From an uncultured bacterium (GTDB taxonomy: Bacteria > JAJVIF01 > JAGGVT01), in contig CBDURE010000003.1 in assembly GCA_965369605.1 (NCBI GenBank), positions 1 through 57,549 of the forward strand: 57,549 bases of DNA. The letters are read 5' to 3'. Below are positions 1 to 8,883 of the stretch, one piece after another; within the stretch, counting starts at the first letter, position 1; the number at the start of each line of letters is the position of its first letter. Both the position numbers and the translations under genes were made by a program. Below the pieces are notes generated by a model, which saw only the letters and a list, made by a program, of their open reading frames with translations, was not told where the DNA came from and did no database searches.

Positions 1-655
<655 letters not shown>

Positions 656-824
656 TTAATTTGATAAATTCTGTTTATCAAATGGTTATGTGAATCCTCA
701 ACATGAAGAAAGTAATTAAAACTTACGCCTATTGCAGTTTTCATGGTACTCTACGGAGTATTTGAAAATATTATATTGTATCAAATAGTAACTTAGTAAC
801 TTACTAACTTAATTTGTTGATTTT

Positions 825-938
825 GTCCTGGTGATTCTAGCGAAGGGGCCATACCCGTTCTCATCCCGAACACGGAAGTCAAGCCCTTCAGCGCCGATGG
901 TACTGCCGCAAGGTGGGAGAGTAGGTCATCGCCAGGAC
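825..938 (+). rRNA. rrf: 5S rRNA
   Basis: Helix I GTCCTGG...CCAGGAC, conserved CCCGAACACGGAAGTCAAGC and GCGCCGATGGTACTG...GGGAGAGTAGGTC; 170 bp after 23S. Confidence 0.96.
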
Positions 939-1028
939 TTTTTGCATTTTTATTAAAATATATTTACTTTATAATTTGTAGAAGATGTGCTTTAATAATT
1001 CAGAATTAATTTTCACTAGGAGAAATTC

Positions 1029-1358
1029 ATGAATAATGCACAGATTGCAATTATGTGGGTTGGAATTATCGTTATTGCATTAATGGCATTTTATCCGCCA
1101 TTTATGGATCCGAGTACAGGTGATTTTGTTGGATATAATTCGTTCGATGCGAATTATTTAGACGATCAGAAAATCGATACTTTATGGGAAAGTGTTGTTG
1201 GTGATTCTTCAGCAAGGAAAGTAACAGTTGATTATTCTAGGCTATTGCTGCAGTGCGGAGTAGTCTTTCTACTAATGATGGCGTTTATTCTATCGGTGAA
1301 AAAAAGTAAAGAAACCGAAAAAAAAGAATCATTTCAGAATCCAAAGCAATTAGATTGA
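1029..1358 (+). CDS. Hypothetical membrane protein with two predicted TM segments
   Basis: AGGAG RBS; hydrophobic stretches IAIMWVGIIVIALMAF and LLLQCGVVFLLMMAFILSV; basic tail. Confidence 0.7.
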   Translation: MNNAQIAIMWVGIIVIALMAFYPPFMDPSTGDFVGYNSFDANYLDDQKIDTLWESVVGDSSARKVTVDYSRLLLQCGVVFLLMMAFILSVKKSKETEKKESFQNPKQLD

Positions 1359-1373
1359 TTTTACAGCACATCA

Positions 1374-1496
1374 GTTCTAATCCGAACACTTAAAAATCAA
1401 GCCCTTCAGCGTCGATGGTACTGCCGCAAGGTGGGAGAGTAGGTCATCGTCCTTCGACAGGCTCAGGTCCTGATGGCAGGACTTTTTGCATTTTTT
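1374..1496 (+). pseudogene. Degenerate copy of the 3' part of 5S rRNA plus its T-rich trailer
   Basis: TCAAGCCCTTCAGCGTCGATGGTACTGCCGCAAGGTGGGAGAGTAGGTCATCG matches the 5S gene with 1 mismatch, then a ~26 nt insert, then CAGGACTTTTTGCATTTTTT as after the real 5S. The 5' end of 5S is absent. Confidence 0.85.
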
Positions 1497-1542
1497 TAGA
1501 CTATGCTTTAAACAAGTGGTAAAATTGAGTGGAGGTAAGTGA

Positions 1543-1749
1543 ATGAAACTAATCGTAACATTGGAAAAAGATGAAACCGGGATGTTTGTCGTTGAATGTC
1601 CATCAATCCCCGGTTGTATTTCACAAGGTAAGACTGAAAAAGAAGCATTAGTGAATATTCAAGAAGCGATTCAGGGTTGTCTTGAGGCTGGAGCATCCGC
1701 TGGAATCCCTTTAAAAGTGGGAATCCGTGAGGTAGAGGTCGAAATATAA
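1543..1749 (+). CDS. hicB: HicB-family antitoxin (short, no DNA-binding domain)
   Basis: GGAGG RBS; motif EKDETGMFVVECPSIPGCISQGKTEKEALVNIQEAI is typical of HicB/UPF0150. Confidence 0.85.
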   Translation: MKLIVTLEKDETGMFVVECPSIPGCISQGKTEKEALVNIQEAIQGCLEAGASAGIPLKVGIREVEVEI

Positions 1750-1806
1750 TCATGTTAATTCGGAACTGCTTTCGATAAACTCACTCCCTTGCGGTATAAT
1801 TTCAAC

Positions 1807-2114
1807 ATGATAACTCTTGATGAAATAATCACGGCTATTCAACGGAATAACGAAAAATTATTAGCATTCGGTGTCAGGAAACTCGGAGTGTTTGGCTCAT
1901 TTGCTCGTGGTGAAGCATCATCCGAGAGCGATATCGATTTCCTTGTCGAACTTGATCCTAAAACCTTCGATAACTACATGGAACTGAAATTTTTCCTTGA
2001 GGATTTATTTAACTGTGGTGTGGACCTTGTCCTTATAGATACAATATAGATACAATCAAACCTGCGTTACGAGAGAACATAGAAAACGAGGTGGTTTATG
2101 CCACGGGAATATAA
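1807..2114 (+). pseudogene. Minimal nucleotidyltransferase (MNT/MntA-type antitoxin), frameshifted by an 11-bp tandem duplication
   Basis: FGSFARGE...SDIDFLVE motif. ATAGATACAAT occurs twice (2035-2045, 2046-2056); removing one copy restores the C-terminus IKPALRENIENEVVYATGI*. Confidence 0.85.
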
Positions 2115-2158
2115 GCAGGACCGTCAAATTGATGATATCTACAACAAGTAGATGCAAA

Positions 2159-2383
2159 ATGAAAATATCTTACGATAAAGAAGCGGATGCATTGTATTTC
2201 CGACTAATTGAAGGTGAGCACGAATGTCGGGTTGTGCGATTAACTGATGACATTGCAATTGATTTTGCTGAGGGTGAGAAGATGGTCGGGATAGAAATAT
2301 TAGGTGCCAGCCGACTCTTCAAGGAACCAGATTTGCCTGAGATTGACATTAAAAACCTTATCCCTATTGTTGTTTCATCGTGA
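2159..2383 (+). CDS. DUF2283-family protein (putative antitoxin)
   Basis: MKISYDKEADALYFRL...IAIDF...GKMVGIEIL-type pattern (here GEKMVGIEILGAS) typical of DUF2283. Confidence 0.85.
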   Translation: MKISYDKEADALYFRLIEGEHECRVVRLTDDIAIDFAEGEKMVGIEILGASRLFKEPDLPEIDIKNLIPIVVSS

Positions 2384-2472
2384 TTATGATGTTTGAAATT
2401 AGATACTAAACAAGCGAAGTTGCTGCTCATTAAGTCAAATCATATTTCAAATGCCTATCTTTACCCCAAACT

Positions 2473-5400
2473 TTAGTAAATCACGATTGAAAAGTCATCC
2501 AAACCGATATAAACGTTTCTTACCGTTGCTGTGATTGATTCGCATATCTGGATGATGACGTACGGGTCGTCCGGATTGCCGCCGTCTGCAGGATCGTTTA
2601 AATCGCCACCGCATAGATAGCGGACACTTCCTGCGCAGGATGTCCATCGCCATGAATTATATCCGCTTGGGACACTGTCGAAAATGGTTGGTACGAGCGA
2701 ATCAGACATCATATAGCCTGTGTAACTGCCGGTTGAATACGCTTTCGCTACGTCGATATTCGTTGAATCTGAGAAACCAGCGGTTGGCTGTGGTGATGAA
2801 CAAGTTCCGATAATCATGCCACCTGGCATGTTCCAGTAGCCGTCCGCTCATCCGTAACGATGCTTTTCCATTGAGAAATCGAGAATTCTGACTGTTGAAT
2901 CAGGGACAACCGGAGTTTCCCGTGATATCCCTTTCCATCTGCCAATACTTGCACTTCCCAACTTGTGCCCAAACCAGACCGCTTTTGAACCCCCAGCAGG
3001 ATATTCATAGCTTACAAAGGGGAAGAATTCATAATCGGATGTCTCTCCCGATTCGTTGTTTGATGTCCAACCTTCAGTGTTGAACGGTGACCAGTACGGA
3101 GCGGTTTCAGCGCTGGATACTATCACGTGCGCTATCTGGCTTGCAGATGATGCTTCCGCACCCGCTATATTGCGTGAATGAACCACATACGATGCTCCCT
3201 CTACATATCTCATGCCGTCCAAATCGAGATGCGATGATGGCGAATCCCAGTCTGTATCTGCGCTTATTCCTACAAGTTCGATATGGTTTATCAAACCATC
3301 GGTCGGGTCGGAATCGCGATAAATTGCGTAATCGAAAGTATCGCCGCCCGGATCAGCCCATGTGAGCGTAAATGGCGCGAATTCGTGAATTCTATAATTA
3401 TCGGCTGAACCAAGACGATTTACAATAATAGTCAAATCATCAACAGGATTTGGATCTCCCGGACAATATGTTAAGTTAATTGTAATAGTGTCAATGAAAA
3501 TCATGTATCCTGGATTGCAGTCCATCTCTACGGCAAAATTCACAATATAGGTATCATCCGCAAAGGAGGGACAGTCATCATCGATGAATCGATGTGACAT
3601 CTCAGGAAACGCGCTTGATTCCTCGTAAGTGCCTGAACCCCAATCAGCCCAGTATGCGATAATCTCTCCACCTTCAGGAACTACATCCAGAACGAAGTTA
3701 ATTAATTCACCGCTTGCCGCATCGTATTCAGTTCCGATTGGCGATGTAATTTCACCTGTTGAATTACATATAGGACAAGTTGATATGTTGACCGTGATAG
3801 CGTCAAATTCAACAATGTTTCCCGGATAGCAGTCGAGTTCAGTTCCGAACCGTACAGAATAACGGTCATCCGCGAAAAATGGGCAGTCGGTATCGAAGTA
3901 CTGATGCGTGAATTCAGGTTCACTGCTTGATTCAGTGAACTCGCCTGAACCCCAATCCGCCCAGTAGTTGATTATATTTCCTCCAACAGGAGTCGTTTCA
4001 AGTGTGAAAGTGATAATCTCAGCGCTTTCAGCGTCATATTCCTCTCCCGATGGCGATGTGATTGAACCATCTGAATAACATGGAGGACACTCAATTACAT
4101 TAATAGTTACCGCATCTATATCTATAATGAAACCAGGATTGCAGTCCATCTCAACGCCGAATCTGACAAGATGGATATCATCAGCGAAAGCGGGGCAGTC
4201 ATCATCAATGAATATCTGTTCGAATTCACCTGTAGTATTTGATTCGGTATAATCCCCGGTTCCCCAGTCAACCCAGTACGCTGCCAGATTACCGCCCGCA
4301 ACATCGACATCCAGTATGAAAATAACATTTTCGCCGCTTCCAGTATCGAATTCATCATCCGGTGGTGTGGTTAACGCACCAAATGCGTTGCATGGATGAA
4401 CAACAACGCTTGCTGTGAAAACCTGATATGTAGCATATTCAGGCATTCCGACCCATTCAATGGATACACCGTCAGGAACATTCACAAGTGAATCGGTAAC
4501 TCCCGGTTCACCGATAGCGAGAGGTTCCCGTTCATCAAGGACCCGAACAAGACCGGGATATTTTCCCTCAGAAAGCAGCCTTTCGTTTGCGATTTCAATT
4601 TCGTAAATCAACGGATCATCAGCATTAATGCCTGTTCCGCTAACTGGAGTATCGGATTCAGGCAGGTGATTCAACATGCCGGGGATTTCCACTTGAACTT
4701 TTGCGACATTAGATGGGAACGCGATATCGCCATGCTCGACAGGAGGATTTGAAATATCCGTGCAACCATGCTGCCAATCCCAGACTTTTACTGTAACAGT
4801 GCGTGGCGTAGTGGAATCGTAATCAGTCCATGTGTTTTCAGGATCAGGTGCGTTATCCCCCTCAGGTGGAATTACGTCAACTTTCCATGCGCTCTTTCTA
4901 TTAAACTCAGGATTGAAATACTGCGGTTCAAGCCTTTCGAGAAATGTCGCGCTTGCGCCGTATCCCATTGTCATGTAGAGATCGAATGTGGTAACTCCCT
5001 CAGTATTTAGATATACATTTATGCTCTCCTCTTGTCCCATAGCCAATTTGTTGAAAGAGTTTGATCCGGTTTCGGAATCATCAACAATCAGATAGTATGG
5101 GCATGCGGAAAGGTCCTCACTCAGCTGGGTTAATTCACGCGTGAAACCATCCGCGTGAGGGCACATGTCATGATAGATACTCGTATATGTTTTTGGGAAG
5201 TATGTAGTTGAGCGATCCGATGGTACGATAATCAGGACAGTGTCGAAAATATCGAGATCAAGTCGATTTTTAGCGGATGGCGGTTCCACTGGGTTTCCCG
5301 GATTAAATGGGTGTCTTACATCGAAATTGATTTTTACATACCCTTCACCGGTTAAGGTTAATCCCGTTATGGCAAGGCAATCCTTGCATGGAACCGTTGT

Positions 5401-5679
5401 GAAGTATGATAAACCGCTTACGACATATGACTCGCCTAACGAGGAAATCCTTTTGGTAACAAGTTCAGCTGTTTTTTCATCACGATTTACACTCATCTCG
5501 TAAGCGCCAATCATTCCGATAGCGTTGGATGATTCTCCTGATTCACTCAGCCCGATAACGGGCAGGCGGTCGGAATACTCCGATAGCTCGCTTAAATCGG
5601 GCGTTACAGGTGATTTGCCGGATGAACATCCGATGAAAATCAAAACCAAAAGAACGGTTAAAAAGGTAAATATTCGCAT
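2473..5679 (-). CDS. Large lipoprotein: conserved N-terminal domain + 3 PKD-like repeats + unique C-terminus, interrupted by an in-frame TGA at 2850-2848
   Basis: ATG 5679 with GGAGG RBS; lipobox-like FIGC then SSGKSPVTP; clear homology to the ORFs at 6025 and 8884. ORF 2473-2829 is in the same frame directly after the TGA (RYG*ADGYWNMPGG). Confidence 0.8.
3457..4392 (-). repeat. Three tandem 104-aa PKD/Ig-like repeats within the lipoprotein
   Basis: Unit CxxxGxxTxP...GGxxxxYWxDWGxGxxxES...FxDxDCPxFADD...VxFxxExDCxPG...TxN...CP repeated three times at 312-bp spacing. Confidence 0.9.
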
Positions 5680-5882
5680 TTTATCCCTCCGGAAATAACA
5701 TGTTCGAGAAATTCCGTTGATAACAACTGGCATCATTATACGACAAAAGTGTCAACGATGAGAGAGAAATCGTTAAAAATTGAAACTAAGGATTCTGGGT
5801 ATGAGCATTTCCGTGAATGTGAACTAGCGTTGTGATGTAGCTGAGCAGTGAATTATTTTAGTAAAAAATATTTGTATAAGAT

Positions 5883-5911
5883 TTGAAATAAGGTGAAACT
5901 TTTACTATAAT
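5883..5911 (+). promoter_or_regulatory. Sigma70-like promoter for lipoprotein 6025
   Basis: TTGAAA-17 nt-TATAAT. Confidence 0.6.
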
Positions 5912-6024
5912 GCGCTCGTGGGTAAAAGCAAAGCGCCAGTTTTAAGCTTTCACCCATAGATATTTTAGAATTCCTTTTCTAGCAATTAATTACTGAAGTT
6001 CACTTTTTAGCTTGGAGGTTTGCA

Positions 6025-8610
6025 ATGTCTCGCATTAGGATTTCTGTATTAGTACTGGTACTAACCATTGTTGCATTACTGATTGGCTGTTCAGGTGGTA
6101 GTGGCTCCAACCCTGTAACACCGGAGAAAGCATCAGGTTCAATGGATAATGTACCGATTATTGGCGTTACTGATGCCAATAGCTCGTTTAACGCGATTGG
6201 TTTGTTCGGCGCGTATGAGCTGACAATCCATTCAGATTTAACAACTGAGTTTGTATCAAAACGAGTTGGAGCTATCGGGGAGGATTATATCGTCAGTGGT
6301 CTGGCGTTTTTTACAGTTGCACCGTGTCCATCATGTTTGAAGATGGTAGGTGTAGAAATAACCCCGGATGGCAATGTATTGTTATCATTTGAAATCAGCC
6401 ATCCTTTCAAGAAGGGTATCACAGGTGATCCGCCATCCGCGTCGAATCGTCTTGATCTTGATGTATTCGATCTGGCGATGGTAATTGCACCAACCGGAGG
6501 CACAGCTGTGTCCTACGCATTAACAGGTGCGGATGTGTATCCTGACAATTGTGTTGGTGCAGATGGTTACACCACCGAACTTGCTGAAGTTATCGATGAT
6601 GAAGCAGCATTGCCATTTTTCCTTGTAATTGATGACAGTGACACTGGCACATCAACATGGAATAAGTTCGCGATGGGTGCAGTGAACTTGCCGTTCGATG
6701 TTGGATTCAATCTCTTGGGACCCGTGATGACCTTCGATACGTATCTCACAATGGGATATGGTTTCGGAGCGAGGAAGCCAGACAGGCTTTCACCGAAGTA
6801 CTACAATCCAGAATTTAACCGTAAAGCAGCGTGGAAAGTAGCTGTAACACCGCCTCAGGGCGTTGATCCTCCTGTTATGGGTAATACCTGGAATGACACT
6901 GACCCCGTAGAAATTCATGATGTTCTTGTTGAAGTTTATGACTGGCAGATTGGCGCGACTGTTTCAGCTGAAGCAGATTTCGCCGATGCTGATCCAGATG
7001 ATGTTTATGCCGCGAGTGAACCTTCAGGCGTTTCAGTTGAGATTCCTGGAATGAATATCGCTCTTGACACTGTGGCAGTTCCTGATGTTCCTACAGCTAC
7101 CGGTATGGCTGATGACCCATGGGTTTATACAATACCAGTAGCTAATGTAAATCTGATTGCAGCTGGTAGGTACACTGGTCTTGTCAAGGTTACAGATGAA
7201 CGAGCGGTCATGGCTCCGGCAGATGGACGAGATTTCATTATCGATACTGATGATGGAATCGAGCTTGTCCACTATTCAATGCCGGAATATGCTACTTATC
7301 AGACATTCACCGCAACTGTGGTTATAGGCTGTGGTCCTATTACAGGTACAATTGACACACCAACATGTCCGGTATCCGGTGTCTTTTCCGGACAGGGCAT
7401 CAACTTCACATGTTCCGCTGTAAGTGGGAATGGTGGCGATCCGGTTATTCTTTACGAATGGGACGCTGACTATGACGGCGTAATTTTCGATGTGGATGCC
7501 ACAGGAGATGATGTTTGTCTTGGTGGATTTGTGTGTGATGCTGGAAATCCGGTGACATACACTGTTGCCGTTCGCGGGACAGACAGTTGTGGACCTCCAC
7601 CTAATGTTACTGTTTTCGCGACATGCGAAGTAACTGTTGATGACTGCACAACAGTAGTTGATAATGTTACTTCAGACTCTTTTATTGCGAAAGACCCCGA
7701 AGATGAGTGGTTTGATATTGGTGTCATGGAAGATAGCTATGTGTATGTTGTTTGTGATCACGCTGCTACTGCCAATGTAGTTGACACTCGTACCGCAATA
7801 ATGTTCGATAACGACCTGACAAATATGCAGGTGATTAACTCGGGTACAGGTATGGTTGATCCGCAGGCATCTGGGAAACCTCTTCGCTTTGACAGGATTG
7901 ATGTTACCAATGGCGGTTATATGGTTACCAACCCGGTTCAGCTTGCCATGGTCACATGGACACTTGATATTCCATCATTAACAGCGGTAACTGCATATGC
8001 GCCTAATATGCTCAGCTGTGGCGGTGGTTATGATGGTACCGTTGGTTGTCTTGATGTCTGGCATCAGGATGATTTAGGAGCATACGGCTCATGCGCAATG
8101 GCCAACTTCCAGTCCACTGATTGTGGTTCTCCTGGATATGGCGGCGTTATTAAACGACCGGATGGCGGTACTGCTGGCGCTTTTGGTGGTCTTGTCAATC
8201 CACCGATGTATCAGGTTCCAGATGTTGTTGCCAGCGAGGGTGTTGAAGGCACTCAAAACAGCCTTTTCTTCGTATCAACTGCAACAGCAGCTAAACTTTC
8301 ACTCTCCGGAAGTTGGATGGACGGCGCTTTCTTTGCCGCTACTGAAATCGCTTCTACAGGAACGTTAGGAACAGCTGACGATGAATTCAGTGGTGGTCTT
8401 GATGTTGCAGCCGACTCGAATGGAAATATTTTCACACTTGAGAAACATGGTTGCAGCTATAGATTCCAGAAATTCGATGCAACGCTAACATGGCAATGGA
8501 CATCCTATTGGGTTGATGGCGATTCTCCACTGGCTATGGACTTTGACCGCGGAGATGACAAGTTGTATGTCCTTTGCGAAAACTCAATCCATATCTGCAC
8601 AGTCAACTAA
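6025..8610 (+). CDS. Large Cys-rich lipoprotein: conserved N-terminal domain + PKD-like domain + probable beta-propeller (NHL-like) C-terminus
   Basis: GGAGG RBS; lipobox LIGC-SGG; YEWDADYDG PKD-like motif; DDEFSGGLDVAADSNGNIFTLE NHL-like blade. Confidence 0.85.
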   Translation: MSRIRISVLVLVLTIVALLIGCSGGSGSNPVTPEKASGSMDNVPIIGVTDANSSFNAIGLFGAYELTIHSDLTTEFVSKRVGAIGEDYIVSGLAFFTVAPCPSCLKMVGVEITPDGNVLLSFEISHPFKKGITGDPPSASNRLDLDVFDLAMVIAPTGGTAVSYALTGADVYPDNCVGADGYTTELAEVIDDEAALPFFLVIDDSDTGTSTWNKFAMGAVNLPFDVGFNLLGPVMTFDTYLTMGYGFGARKPDRLSPKYYNPEFNRKAAWKVAVTPPQGVDPPVMGNTWNDTDPVEIHDVLVEVYDWQIGATVSAEADFADADPDDVYAASEPSGVSVEIPGMNIALDTVAVPDVPTATGMADDPWVYTIPVANVNLIAAGRYTGLVKVTDERAVMAPADGRDFIIDTDDGIELVHYSMPEYATYQTFTATVVIGCGPITGTIDTPTCPVSGVFSGQGINFTCSAVSGNGGDPVILYEWDADYDGVIFDVDATGDDVCLGGFVCDAGNPVTYTVAVRGTDSCGPPPNVTVFATCEVTVDDCTTVVDNVTSDSFIAKDPEDEWFDIGVMEDSYVYVVCDHAATANVVDTRTAIMFDNDLTNMQVINSGTGMVDPQASGKPLRFDRIDVTNGGYMVTNPVQLAMVTWTLDIPSLTAVTAYAPNMLSCGGGYDGTVGCLDVWHQDDLGAYGSCAMANFQSTDCGSPGYGGVIKRPDGGTAGAFGGLVNPPMYQVPDVVASEGVEGTQNSLFFVSTATAAKLSLSGSWMDGAFFAATEIASTGTLGTADDEFSGGLDVAADSNGNIFTLEKHGCSYRFQKFDATLTWQWTSYWVDGDSPLAMDFDRGDDKLYVLCENSIHICTVN

Positions 8611-8651
8611 TCGCTTGGATTGCTGGTTAGCACTTAACTTTATAAACCAAA

Positions 8652-8682
8652 ATCCCCCGTTTCGGCGGGGGATGTTTTTTTT
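8652..8682 (+). terminator. Rho-independent terminator
   Basis: ATCCCCCG-TTTCGG-CGGGGGAT followed by a T run. Confidence 0.8.
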
Positions 8683-8731
8683 GTCCTGTTTTAGGATTTA
8701 CGAATAATTTTGAATGTTCGGTAAAATAGTA

Positions 8732-8760
8732 TTGAATTGTCGTGGCTATTTTACTATAAT
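8732..8760 (+). promoter_or_regulatory. Sigma70-like promoter for lipoprotein 8884
   Basis: TTGAAT-17 nt-TATAAT; same TTTTACTATAAT context as the paralog promoter. Confidence 0.6.
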
Positions 8761-8883
8761 ACACTCATGAATACGTATATGTGAAAAGCATAAAGTCATT
8801 TCTTTAAGCTTTTTCATATTTAGAGATAGAATTCCTTAAAAAAATTATTTTCCAAATTCAATCTTTTTTTTTGGAGGTTTGCA

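Noticed and set aside
2848-2850. Genome-wide TGA reassignment (code 4 or 25)
   Set aside because: Conserved genes such as fabD, coaBC and the pmbA-like gene end at TGA at the expected length, and no other in-frame TGA was seen in conserved genes.
5735-5755. TTGACA...TATAAT on the minus strand before the large lipoprotein
   Set aside because: The spacer is only 9 nt, so it is not a valid -35/-10 pair; the -10 alone may still be used.
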